From a virus, in IMG/VR virus record IMGVR_UViG_3300030116_004255, positions 1 to 64,000 of that record: 64,000 bases of DNA. One strand, written 5' to 3'. How positions within the stretch are numbered: the stretch's first letter is position 1; every line of letters starts with the position of its first letter. Below are positions 10,149 to 20,400 of this stretch, piece after piece. Position numbers and translations under genes: made by a program. The notes below the pieces were generated by a model. That model did not search any database. It was not told the DNA's origin and saw nothing but the letters and a program-made list of their open reading frames with translations.

Positions 10149-10852
10149 AATATTTGTCTCCCTGATAAGTTTTCTAGATCCTCTCCGTCTAAATATGAAT
10201 CTAAATCAAATCCACTAGAGCAGGATACTAAAAAAGCTGACTTTCTACCATTAAGTAAAGGTGTTGTAGCGTGAGAAAAAACAAATGAACTAGGCATAAT
10301 AACAACTGTTCCTGCTGGTGGTTTATAAGCACCATTATCAAAATATCTAAAATCTAAACCACCACCCTTAAAATTATCGTTTAAATATGTAAGTATTGTT
10401 ATACGCCTAAGAAATGGTGCGTTCCAAAATCTACCTGTTTCAGGATTTCTAGTAGATCTATTGTCGCCATGATAATTCATAAATTTTGGTGGTCTGTAAG
10501 TTATATACTGGTATTGCTCCATCCAATGTATTTCGTCTTTAACATCTGGGTATACATCACAATACTCATTTATTTTATCCAGTGCATTTTGTTGAACTTG
10601 CCAAAAAAAATCTTGACTTTCTTTGTGTCTAAATTCTCTTTCTGGATCAAACCTTATAGGACCATTTACATTTTTTACAGTTTGATTATTTCCAGGCTGG
10701 CTTAGATCTTCCTCTGTTAAATTGTCTTTCCACCTATCTACTTCTGAATCCATTAAATCAACAATACCCTCTGGAACTTCTAAACACTTTTCCCAAGCTA
10801 ATACACCAGGAACTATTTTTTTAATTTCAGCTTGTTTCCAAAGTCTATTCAT
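10145..10852 (-). CDS. 2OG-Fe(II) oxygenase (prolyl-4-hydroxylase-like)
   Basis: YHGD, YLNDNFKGGGLDF and MPSSFVFSH...GRK. Confidence 0.88.
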   Translation of the reverse strand: MNRLWKQAEIKKIVPGVLAWEKCLEVPEGIVDLMDSEVDRWKDNLTEEDLSQPGNNQTVKNVNGPIRFDPEREFRHKESQDFFWQVQQNALDKINEYCDVYPDVKDEIHWMEQYQYITYRPPKFMNYHGDNRSTRNPETGRFWNAPFLRRITILTYLNDNFKGGGLDFRYFDNGAYKPPAGTVVIMPSSFVFSHATTPLLNGRKSAFLVSCSSGFDLDSYLDGEDLENLSGRQIL

Positions 10853-11319
10853 TCCTCTTCCCCAACAAGTTCAAAAACTGATAGTTCTGAGTCAGCACAT
10901 AATTTATCATCTTTGAAAAATTTTAGAATATACCAACCTGGATCTAGCCTTATATGATCAGTTCCCCATCTACTTTTTTGATGTGTATAACTTAATGGAT
11001 GCTTGCTTACTAATTTATGATCTTTTTGTGGATTGTCATAATCTTTAGACCATATTTCTAATTTAAATACTGGGTTCTCTTCAAACTCTGCGAAATCATC
11101 ATGAAGTAAAAATTTTGTAAAATCGGTATTAGCACAGGTATCAGGCACTAACAAATGTTGATATTCAGGTATTTCAAAGCTGTGTTCTTTGTCTTCAAAC
11201 TTTATATAATGTTTGTTATTTTCTGATACACCGTGGTGTATTTCTTGAAACTTACCTTCCCACTGATCTTTACAGTCGGCTAAAGACTTATCTTTAGGTA
11301 CAAAATATACCTTCTTCAT
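10849..11319 (-). CDS. Hypothetical protein
   Basis: GGAGG RBS; coupled to the oxygenases. Confidence 0.65.
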   Translation of the reverse strand: MKKVYFVPKDKSLADCKDQWEGKFQEIHHGVSENNKHYIKFEDKEHSFEIPEYQHLLVPDTCANTDFTKFLLHDDFAEFEENPVFKLEIWSKDYDNPQKDHKLVSKHPLSYTHQKSRWGTDHIRLDPGWYILKFFKDDKLCADSELSVFELVGEEE

Positions 11320-11339
11320 GATCTCCTCCCTTTACAGAT

Positions 11340-12251
11340 CTAAACTAGATTTGGTCTTGTTGTAAGTAATTCTTCAAGATAGTCAACGGTGTTCGCTAAT
11401 ACATCGCTTTTAGTTGCTTTGTATGCTGCTACATCGGCTTGAAAAGCATCTTCGTCAAAATCTGCTGGTACTTCACCGAGTTTATAAAGACAATTAGCAA
11501 TCGCTTTGTCAACCATTTGTAATGCGTCAGCTTTTTCAACATTTAAAGCGTCTGCGTCTATTGATAAGTCCATACTTTCTCCTATATCGTAAGTATTACC
11601 ACACAAGTATAACATTAAAACTGTCGAGATTAAGTCCATATCATGACCTACTTCTAGGTCTAATGTTTCTTGCGGTATTTGTATTGTAGTAGATTTTCTA
11701 TAAGTATTGTAGATTTTTGCATAGGTATAATGTAGTTCAGTATCTACACCAGGATTTCCGTGTTCTACTGTGTCGTGTAGTGTTTCGTCATCATCAGATA
11801 CTTCTTCGCTATATTGTAAAACAATTCTTTGAGGGGCTATTGCCGAATAAGTATTGTCTGTAAATAAATATTCTGAATCTTCTTTTATAAATACTTCTGA
11901 ATAGTATGTTTCACCAACTATATATTTATAACCTGTTTCTCCACAGAAACCGCATAATGGTTCAGTACAAAATGAACCGCATAATTCTTTACCGTACTCT
12001 ATACCAAAGTCTTTTCTGCGAATATAAACATCAGCTACCTTTGATCCGTTAAAGTCTAGATCTACATAGCCAAGATCTCCTTCAACTGTAAAATCTAAAC
12101 CAGTTCTAGGAAATTCGTGAAACTCGCCGTCTGTGTCATTATCAGGAAACAAAAGATCTTTATCACCCTGATGTTCTCCAGGCATATAATACAACTGGTA
12201 GTCATCGTAATTTTCGTCTGATCTTTTATAGTGGATTCTAACTGTCGCCAT
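11340..12251 (-). CDS. Acidic protein with CBM41/pullulanase-N-like start and Cys cluster
   Basis: VRIHYKRSDENYDDYQLY resembles the CBM41 N-terminus; CGSFCTEPLCGFC. Confidence 0.5.
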   Translation of the reverse strand: MATVRIHYKRSDENYDDYQLYYMPGEHQGDKDLLFPDNDTDGEFHEFPRTGLDFTVEGDLGYVDLDFNGSKVADVYIRRKDFGIEYGKELCGSFCTEPLCGFCGETGYKYIVGETYYSEVFIKEDSEYLFTDNTYSAIAPQRIVLQYSEEVSDDDETLHDTVEHGNPGVDTELHYTYAKIYNTYRKSTTIQIPQETLDLEVGHDMDLISTVLMLYLCGNTYDIGESMDLSIDADALNVEKADALQMVDKAIANCLYKLGEVPADFDEDAFQADVAAYKATKSDVLANTVDYLEELLTTRPNLV

Positions 12252-12333
12252 TTTCTACCTCTGTATCTGGTTTGTCGTGTAAACCCACGCAGTATCCAGT
12301 TGGACTTTTACCACAGGTACATTTCTTAGCCAT
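12238..12333 (-). CDS. 31-aa CDGSH-like metal/Fe-S micro-protein
   Basis: Hand translation MAKKCTCGKSPTGYCVGLHDKPDTEVENGDS; fills the gap exactly. Confidence 0.55.
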   Translation of the reverse strand: MAKKCTCGKSPTGYCVGLHDKPDTEVENGDS

Positions 12334-12335
12334 TG

Positions 12336-13019
12336 TTATACCTTAAATGTCTTGACTGTACCAGCCGCGTATCCTGTCACATCAGTAGCTACACCTGTCA
12401 AAGGTATGCTTTGAGAAACTATAAATATTACACCACCACCAGTAGTCGTTTCACCACTAGCTTCAATAGTTCCATACCCCTGTAATTTTCTTGCACAGAG
12501 AATAACAATTCCACCACCGTGATTAACACTATCTCCAGCGCCACCCTGTAATGCTTCTGCTGTTGTTTGGCCACCGTGATGTACAAGAGCTTGTATAGCA
12601 ATGTCAGGATGATTAAAGTATTCTGCACCTTCGCCTGGTGCGGTAGCTGTATAACCATTACCATTACCACCTAAAGAGTTTGTGACATTACCAATAGCAC
12701 CACCTCTTAATGTTCCTGAAGTAGAAACACCGCCTACTCGTCCAATTTTCGTATCACTTTGGTTTGATGAAGTAGGTGCTAAAGCACATACATTTCTTAC
12801 AAAAACTCTATACCCTGCTGTATCTAAAACTATTCCTGGATTTACTGTCAAATTGTTATAGTGCATATCTCTGGTCAAAGTTGTATTAGAAGATATTGTG
12901 ACATTACCATCCATACCAGATCCATAAATGCTATCTGGTATCACATCATAGGTTGTGTAATCTGGTGGTATATAACCGTATTCTTTTATATTGTATTCAC
13001 CTGTTCTTGATATTGGCAT
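12336..13019 (-). CDS. Gly-rich tail/virion protein, paralog of 13028..14368
   Basis: IYGSGMDGNVTISSNTTLTRDMHYNNLT matches IYGYGQDGDVTIAANTTLSRDMYYNDLT; GGGIVIL repeats. Confidence 0.7.
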   Translation of the reverse strand: MPISRTGEYNIKEYGYIPPDYTTYDVIPDSIYGSGMDGNVTISSNTTLTRDMHYNNLTVNPGIVLDTAGYRVFVRNVCALAPTSSNQSDTKIGRVGGVSTSGTLRGGAIGNVTNSLGGNGNGYTATAPGEGAEYFNHPDIAIQALVHHGGQTTAEALQGGAGDSVNHGGGIVILCARKLQGYGTIEASGETTTGGGVIFIVSQSIPLTGVATDVTGYAAGTVKTFKV

Positions 13020-13027
13020 AATTACTC

Positions 13028-14368
13028 CTATGATCCTGGATCAGTATCGTTTGCATTGATGTTATATACTGTCACGACTGATCCTGCTGTTGCTGTTCCT
13101 GAACCACCTGTACCTGCTGCTGCTGCAACTGTTAAACCGCTAGGTAGTGGTTTCTTACCTGATATTAAAACTACTGCACCACCACCAGCGTTATAAGATA
13201 CTGATGCTGTGCCTTTTGATCCGCCTGCGCCACCTGGGTGATAGTTTGTTGGATTAGAGTCATAGTTTGTTGGATTGTTGTTTCCACCATAAGAATATCC
13301 ATAAGAATATCCATAGCTATACCCATAGCTATATCCGTAAGAATAGTTGTTTCCAGGATACGAATAGTTATTTCCTGGATAGGAATAGTTATTACCTGGA
13401 TGATAATGTGCGTAATGATAATGATAAAAACCACCAGGAAAGTTATTTATTGGTGGACTTGGGTGCCAATGATAATGTGTATGTGAGCTACCTGGATTAG
13501 ATCCATAGTTTGTAGAGTTAGATCCATAGTTGGTTGGATTTGATCCTGAGTTTGAACCATAGTTTGCACCGTAATTTGCTCCATAGTTTGCACCATAGTT
13601 GGTTGGGTTAGTATTTCCAGGATAAGAATAATTATTACCTGGTGTTTGTGCGTCTGGTGCTGGTGCGCCGTCTGTTCCGTCAGAACTTGCTGTCGAGTCG
13701 TCAGCGTCAGCTCTAATTACACCATCTCCTACAATATTTTTTGCTACGATTAATACAACACCACCGCCGACTGCACCTGTGCCTGCTGTGGCTGCATTAC
13801 CGTCTGCACCTCTACCACCATCAGCACCGACAGTCTGATAATCAGACCAGTTAGTATCACTACCGTCTGAACCACTTGTTGGGGTTCCTGTTATCGCACC
13901 GTCGTCTGCGCCTGATCCACCACCTAAAAATTTAAATGTATCTGTTGCTTGATCAAACTTTTTACCTGCTAAAGCTGTTGTTAAGTTAAAAAATTCACTT
14001 GATCCGTCAAAAAATTGATTGTTGTTATGATCACTATCAGTTTGTTCTGATGATCTACCACCTAAAGTATCTGTTGCTGCTGTTCCTTTAGCAAAACCAC
14101 CTTTTAAAGTACCAGCAGTTGATTTATTACTAAACCTACCGATACGAGAGGTACCGTCTGTAAATGTTAATGTACCACGAACAAATAAACGATAACCGTT
14201 AGTATCTAGTGTGCAACTAGAGTTTATTGTTAGATCGTTGTAATACATATCTCTTGACAAAGTAGTATTAGCAGCGATAGTGACATCGCCGTCTTGACCA
14301 TAGCCGTATATCTCGTCTCCGCCTAGTCTGTCAATAAAGACTGGCTCTGGTACATCTATAATGGCCAT
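13028..14368 (-). CDS. Gly-rich tail/receptor-binding protein with His/Tyr/Asn repeat insertion
   Basis: Start MAIID overlaps the upstream stop; Gly-rich scaffold with a ~135-aa repeat insert. Confidence 0.7.
   Translation of the reverse strand: MAIIDVPEPVFIDRLGGDEIYGYGQDGDVTIAANTTLSRDMYYNDLTINSSCTLDTNGYRLFVRGTLTFTDGTSRIGRFSNKSTAGTLKGGFAKGTAATDTLGGRSSEQTDSDHNNNQFFDGSSEFFNLTTALAGKKFDQATDTFKFLGGGSGADDGAITGTPTSGSDGSDTNWSDYQTVGADGGRGADGNAATAGTGAVGGGVVLIVAKNIVGDGVIRADADDSTASSDGTDGAPAPDAQTPGNNYSYPGNTNPTNYGANYGANYGANYGSNSGSNPTNYGSNSTNYGSNPGSSHTHYHWHPSPPINNFPGGFYHYHYAHYHPGNNYSYPGNNYSYPGNNYSYGYSYGYSYGYSYGYSYGGNNNPTNYDSNPTNYHPGGAGGSKGTASVSYNAGGGAVVLISGKKPLPSGLTVAAAAGTGGSGTATAGSVVTVYNINANDTDPGS
13235..13642 (-). 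repeat. Coding tandem repeats (12-nt GANY/GYSY and 21-nt PGNNYSY/GSNPTNY units)
   Basis: Directly visible in DNA and protein. Confidence 0.9.
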
Positions 14369-14697
14369 TATGTCACCTCGACACCAGAAATATGTATATT
14401 CACGGAAGTAGCTGCTGAACATTTTGCTGCTACTGAAGCGCTAGCTGGTATAACCATAGCCAAGTCAATAACTGTGGTTGTATTAGCTGATACAGTAATA
14501 TCACCAAAAATGATATGTTGATCTCCTGTTGTATCCCCTGAAGGAATAATTTTGATCTCTACTGTTCTATCAGTAGCGGTATAGTTCGCTAACATAATTT
14601 GCTTGATAATACACTTATTAGAATTACTGAATACTTGTGCTTCAGAAGTTCCTAATGCTGTGACCTCTGCTAACTCCGCTGCATTATATATCGCCAT
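14368..14697 (-). CDS. Small beta-rich virion structural protein
   Basis: Beta-strand pattern ending NIHISGVEVT; lies among tail genes. Confidence 0.6.
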   Translation of the reverse strand: MAIYNAAELAEVTALGTSEAQVFSNSNKCIIKQIMLANYTATDRTVEIKIIPSGDTTGDQHIIFGDITVSANTTTVIDLAMVIPASASVAAKCSAATSVNIHISGVEVT

Positions 14698-14705
14698 TTA
14701 TTCTC

Positions 14706-15161
14706 CTATAATCCCATCCATACCAACGCTTCATTTGTGAATAGTTGGACTGGATTTACTTTTTTCATTGCTGTTGCTGAATTGTCATATAACATGACTA
14801 AATCGTTATCTTCGTCAACATCTATTGATGTACCGTCTGTTAATCTTGTAGCGTCAATCGCTATATCGACAGCACCGCTTGTTGCACCACCAGAAATACC
14901 TGAAGTTGCACCAGTTGTGACACCTGTGACATCACCAACATCTAGTTGCAACCAAGCGCTTGAAGTTCGCACTTCTAGTCGGTCATCGTCAGTATTGTAG
15001 ATCACCATACCTTCAGTTGCAGTTGTTATAGCATCTCTTTCGGTTTCTGTATAGGCAGGTATTAAAGGTCCGCCGTCTACATGGCCATTTTGAAATTCTG
15101 CTAGACCTGTTGAATCAGATCCAGTCATTGCTACTCTTATTAATTGTTGTCTATCAGCCAT
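14706..15161 (-). CDS. Short tail fibre-like protein
   Basis: TETERDAITTATEGMVIYNT and GDVTGVTTG...GGATSGAV fibre modules. Confidence 0.65.
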   Translation of the reverse strand: MADRQQLIRVAMTGSDSTGLAEFQNGHVDGGPLIPAYTETERDAITTATEGMVIYNTDDDRLEVRTSSAWLQLDVGDVTGVTTGATSGISGGATSGAVDIAIDATRLTDGTSIDVDEDNDLVMLYDNSATAMKKVNPVQLFTNEALVWMGL

Positions 15162-15163
15162 AT

Positions 15164-15376
15164 TTATCTACCTTTTCCTAAATAGTTTTCTGGATCAAAC
15201 TTGGAATCTACATAATCCGCAAGTGTTTTCCCACCACCATTATTATATTCTAAAGATTTGTGATCTACGGCTTTTCGCTCTTGCTCAGACAATTTCTTTA
15301 TTTTAGTCCAATCAGTAGGCGCACCATTATAAGTAGGTGTTAATGCTTTATACTTCATTCTTCCTCTTCTCCCCAC
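15164..15376 (-). CDS. Hypothetical protein
   Basis: ORF in operon orientation. Confidence 0.5.
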   Translation of the reverse strand: MGRRGRMKYKALTPTYNGAPTDWTKIKKLSEQERKAVDHKSLEYNNGGGKTLADYVDSKFDPENYLGKGR

Positions 15377-15440
15377 TCGACATAATCGTTATCGTGTGTT
15401 GCTCTATGAATATGAAAATTAGCGTGTGAATACAAAGTCA

Positions 15441-15764
15441 TTATTCACCTGGTTTCGGATTGTCAGATTTTACTTGTTCTATATGATCTTTCCATGTTGT
15501 AGTGCCATTTATTTGATCTTTATACTGCATATCTAACTGATCTTCAATCGAGGCATACGCATTACGCCTAGCATCTATATAAGAAAACTCTTGATCCTCG
15601 TAATTTTGCCACGCATTGTCTTTTATAGCTTGTTCATAATCTTCTTCAGTAAATTCCATACGAACATTATTTACTGTTTTATACATCCCATCACCACCAT
15701 TAGCAGTTTTCTTTGCTTCAATGTCAGTTCTTGCTTGATCTGTAAATTCTTCTAATGTAGCCAT
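15441..15764 (-). CDS. Tail fibre-associated/assembly protein
   Basis: RRNAYASIEDQLDMQY...WKDHIEQVKSDNPKP motif, common next to aquatic-phage fibres. Confidence 0.6.
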   Translation of the reverse strand: MATLEEFTDQARTDIEAKKTANGGDGMYKTVNNVRMEFTEEDYEQAIKDNAWQNYEDQEFSYIDARRNAYASIEDQLDMQYKDQINGTTTWKDHIEQVKSDNPKPGE

Positions 15765-15785
15765 AATTCTCCTATCTTAACATAT

Positions 15786-16307
15786 TTATTCTTCGACTTT
15801 GTACAAGCTAAATACACCAGAGGAAATATTGGCACCTCCAATATTCAGCATTTGTACGCCATCGTGAGTTCCTGTACTTTGTAATATTCCACCACCATGA
15901 AAACTTCCCATTCTTCCCTGTGATGTATTCCTGTGGATATTTTCATAAACTATGTAGCTGTATTGTGAGCTGTCGTTAAAGTTGTGTAAATAAGCTACCA
16001 TATTAAAAGCATTATTCATAGATGTACCAAGTCCTTGACTAAGATCAATATTTCCTGTGTTGTCAATGATTGTTCCACCTGAGCTTGCATCGTTATACAA
16101 TGTGTAGTGTCTGTAATCGTAATCAGAAGAAGTGACAGCACTACCACTTGCAGTAAACCTTATTCTTATATCTTGATTTGTTCCATCCATATACAACCCC
16201 TGAACAACGAGCATATATACATTTGTGCTGTCTATACCTGTTAATATGACTTGGGCTGTATCGCTACTGACAGTAGTAGTTGTTATAAGATTTAGTTTCC
16301 CTGCCAT
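15786..16307 (-). CDS. Tail fibre head-like beta-sandwich protein, paralog 3
   Basis: LNLITTTTVS...YMLV...GVFSLY pattern shared with the next two genes. Confidence 0.6.
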   Translation of the reverse strand: MAGKLNLITTTTVSSDTAQVILTGIDSTNVYMLVVQGLYMDGTNQDIRIRFTASGSAVTSSDYDYRHYTLYNDASSGGTIIDNTGNIDLSQGLGTSMNNAFNMVAYLHNFNDSSQYSYIVYENIHRNTSQGRMGSFHGGGILQSTGTHDGVQMLNIGGANISSGVFSLYKVEE

Positions 16308-16846
16308 TACTGTTCCAATCCATATATTCTGCAAGTAAGAGTTTCAATATCATAGCTATCTCTATTTGTAAAAGATATACCTGTAATACTTGTGTTAGCT
16401 TTATGAACACCACCACCTCTAATATGTACTCCTATTTTTGTTGAAGATGGATATGCCATAGATCCTGTTTCTTGAAAACTTTGGTATGTGTAATTACTAC
16501 CAAATGGATCATAGATCCACATTGATCCATTACCATTACCATGATTATCATCTTTGTCGTGATATATCAAAGCAAACTCATCTCTATTACTACCACCCAA
16601 ATCAAATGGTGCATTTGTATATCCACGAAACATTAAATTTCTATGATCATAGTTAGCTGTAATTTCTGTTCCTGTGCTATCTACTAACCTAACATCCATA
16701 CTATTGTTTTCTCTTTGTGTATCAGCACTTGTATTGTTGAATTGAACAAAATAGACTTTGTAGTCAGCAGAAAATACAGGATTAATAGTAATCTTGTTTG
16801 CATTTCCCTGCGTCACTTCTGTAGTGCTAATTAATTTTAAACTCAT
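16307..16846 (-). CDS. Tail fibre head-like protein, paralog 2
   Basis: LKLISTTEV...FSADYKVY...ITGISF...RIYGL. Confidence 0.6.
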   Translation of the reverse strand: MSLKLISTTEVTQGNANKITINPVFSADYKVYFVQFNNTSADTQRENNSMDVRLVDSTGTEITANYDHRNLMFRGYTNAPFDLGGSNRDEFALIYHDKDDNHGNGNGSMWIYDPFGSNYTYQSFQETGSMAYPSSTKIGVHIRGGGVHKANTSITGISFTNRDSYDIETLTCRIYGLEQ

Positions 16847-17400
16847 TGTTTCAATCCATATAAACTTGCATCTAAAACATCTATTGTTCCTGATATAGGG
16901 TACAACCTGATTCCGTCGACATTACTAAATTGTGGTAAATATCCACCACCGAAAACTACACGAAATCCACCTGTGCTATGTATTTGACCATGCATCATGT
17001 TTTGATAACTTTGTGTCGAACTACCACCTAATTCATAAAACCATGAATGACCACTACCACTTTCCCCTGCTGCGTTTCCTGTACTATAAATTGCTCTTAT
17101 TCTGCTGTAAGTTGTAGTTAAACTATTGGCTGTTCCTGTGTCCATATATTTATAACCAAATTGATAAACTGAATCACTTTCTAAAGTTCCATTTTCAAAA
17201 AATCTTATTCCTAGTGCTTTACTGTCAGTATTAGGTTGAAAATTCGTGACAGTCAAAAGATGAGCTTTATAACTACTTTCTTGAATATCGCTAAAATCCA
17301 TAACACTATCGCCTGTTGTAGCTGATTGATGTTGTATGAGTTCTAAATCCCCACTTGCTACTGCACCTAGAAGTCCAAATCTTGCGCTACCTAATGGCAT
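16843..17400 (-). CDS. Tail fibre head-like protein, paralog 1
   Basis: LELIQHQSA...YKAHLL...DGIRLY...SLYGL. Confidence 0.6.
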   Translation of the reverse strand: MPLGSARFGLLGAVASGDLELIQHQSATTGDSVMDFSDIQESSYKAHLLTVTNFQPNTDSKALGIRFFENGTLESDSVYQFGYKYMDTGTANSLTTTYSRIRAIYSTGNAAGESGSGHSWFYELGGSSTQSYQNMMHGQIHSTGGFRVVFGGGYLPQFSNVDGIRLYPISGTIDVLDASLYGLKQ

Positions 17401-17408
17401 AACTACTC

Positions 17409-20400
17409 CTAACTAAAGTTTTGTTGAGCATTGAGTAGAGGTGTTCCTGCATCGACAAATAAAAATGTTATAAGATCAATAGATCCTGATCCTGTGGTCA
17501 TTGTATATCCTGCGCCCCCTACTGTTTTTGCAGTCACATCGCTACCACCATTTATAGTCACAGCGTTTATTGCAACAGTTCTGTCTGTGCTGTCTTGTGT
17601 AAGTTGAAGTGTAAATGTGGCTACACCTGAAGTAGGTACATTTGTAAAGTCTATGTCTGTTATGTTTTCTGAAAGAGTTATAGCACCTGTATTACCTGCT
17701 GACATATCTATTGCAACTACACCTGAAGAAGAAGTGACAGTTTGTTTTGTTTCTGAATATGCTTTTAGATTATTACCTTTAAAATCAAACACACCTGCAC
17801 TAGAAATATTTAATCTTTCTGTGCCTGCTGTGTGCATTTCTATTTCATCATTATCAGAACTTGAACTTTCTACTCTTATAAATGTATCTGTATCACCATC
17901 TCTAAATGTTGTTGCTGAGTTTGAAGTTCCTGTAATATTTATTGGATCAACAGTTCCGTCTGCAAGAGTTAGATCAAGATCCGTTGCTGATGTACCGACA
18001 TTTGTAAATTCTATAGGATCTGAACTACCATCAGCTAAGGTAAGTGGCATTTCGTCATTAACGCTAAATGTTGCGCTTGCTGCAAAGTTAGACTTAGCTA
18101 CTTTCTTTAGTGCATTAGCGCTTCCGTCATAAACAACAATAAGATCTGTTTCTGCTGGCGAACTATCTTCTGTTAAAGCTGTAATAGCAGCAGTTGTTAT
18201 ACCAGTTGCATTACCCTCAAATGTACCTGCAACAAATGTTTCAGATCCAACAGTCCACTTGTCTGTTGATTCGTTCCATATAAGTGTTTTATTAGTATCG
18301 TCACCTCTTTCAATTTCAATACCACCGTTCTCTGAAGCAGAGCCAGTTGCATTGGAATTGATAACTATGACATTATCAGCTAAGTTTATTGTTTCTGTAT
18401 TAACAGTTGTTGTTGTACCTGATACAGTTAAGTTTCCTGATACTACTAGATCATTGAAAGTCACATTAGAAGTTGTAGCAACAGCCTGTCCAATAGCTAC
18501 TTCACCAGAAGAAATAGTCACTCCTGTACCGCCTGTGACATAACTATCTATCTTGGTTTGTACTCTTGCATCTGTGTAATATAGATTTGAAGATCCCTCA
18601 CTAAGATTATCTGTGTCCTTTGTAGCAAGTCTTGTATCAAACGCAGTATTTACTCTTGCGTCTGTGTAATACAAGTTTGTTGAACCTTCGCCAATATCGT
18701 CGGTATCAGCAGTAAAGTTAACAAAAGCAGAACCATTATATTTAATTAACTGACCATTTGAAGGGGAAGTTATTGTTGTATCAGTCAAACCTGACAAAGT
18801 TGCTGTGACATCTCCAGGCTCAAATCTAGAGTTAGAGGAACTATAAACTAGTGCTTGTCCGTCTGATACAGAAGTAGTAATTACATCGCTTAGATCTGCA
18901 ATAGAAACAGTACCAAAGTCTATATCTATTTCGTCATTTGTAGTATCGTTTGTGACAGTTATTTTGGCGGATCCAGCATTGATACCTCTAAATTCAAGAT
19001 CTTCACCTGTCTTTTGTTTAAATACTCCAATACCTGCTGTGTTTTGATTAGATGCTGTATTAACTTCACCTGATCCAGATAAGCCACCAAGAGAGGACAG
19101 AACGAAACCACCAGAAGTGTCGCTATAAGAAACAACTTTTGCGTCGTCGCTTGATGTTGGATCGCTAAACAATACATCGTTTAGATCGTTTAGATCGGCT
19201 GCTGCAATTCTTGCGTCTGCTCTAGCGTTAGTAAAGTAAAGGTTTGTTCCACCTTCAGCAAGACTATCTGTAAAGCTAGGTACATCTGTTGTGTATGCAA
19301 CAGTTCCAGATTGATTTTTAAATGTTATTGTTCTATCAGCAGTTGGATTAGCAACTGTTAATTTTGTTTCAAAACCATTTAAAGAACTACCTTCAAATTT
19401 AATAGTTCTTCCTGCGTGTAAATGTAAGCCATCATCGTTAAATTCTGCTACTTTACTTGAACTTGTGACTATTTCTAAAGCACCTTTGCTACCAACTGTA
19501 TCTATTCGTCCCTGTATACTTGCATACTTAAAGTCGCCACCATCACCTGAACCAGATGAATTACCATAAAAGTTTATTGTTCCTAATGTGTCGCCTGAAC
19601 CACCAATGTCTGTTCCACCACCAGCAGGACTATCGCTGTCTGTATAAAAATCTAAAGCTGGTCCAAAGAAAGTATTGCTACCACTAGCATATAATCTTGT
19701 TCCTGTACCAAAAATAGGTGTATCTGTATTAACCCAAGCTGAACCATTGTAAGCAAGTATTTCGTTTGTTGCTAAAGAGCTTATTGTTGTATCGCTTAAA
19801 CCTGTAAGACTTGAAGTGACATCACCAGGTTCAAATTCACTATTGCTTGCGTTCCATACTAGAGCTTGACCACTAGTAGGTGCAGATGTTGTTATATCTA
19901 CATCTGATAGATCACCGACACTTGCAGCAGATATTCTTGCGTCAGCTCTAGTGTCTGTGTAATAAAGATTATTAGGACCTTCACTGAGATTATCAGTATT
20001 TTTAGTAGCCAACCTAGTGTCAAAAGCTGAATTGACACGAGTATCTGTGTAATATAAATTGCTTGAACCTTCTGACAAGCTGTCAGTATCGTGATTGGAA
20101 ATACTGCTTACTGTTCCTGTGACATTACCAGTCACATTACCAGTTAAGTTTCCTGTAAATGTAGAGTAGATACTTCCTGCATCAAATCTTTCTGAGCCAA
20201 CAGTCCATTTATCATCTGATTCATCCCAAATTAAAGTTTTATTTGTAGAAGTACCACGCTCTATTTCTATACCTGCGTTTTCACTTGGCGTTCCTGTGAC
20301 ATTGTTATTTAAAACTATTATGTTGTCGTCAACTGTTAATGTTTCAGTATTAATTGTTGTTGTTGTTCCACTTACAGTAAGATCTCCAGATACAGTCAGA

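Noticed and set aside
12336-17400. Diversity-generating retroelement acting on fibre paralogs
   Set aside because: No reverse transcriptase and no near-identical TR/VR pair with adenine-specific differences seen.
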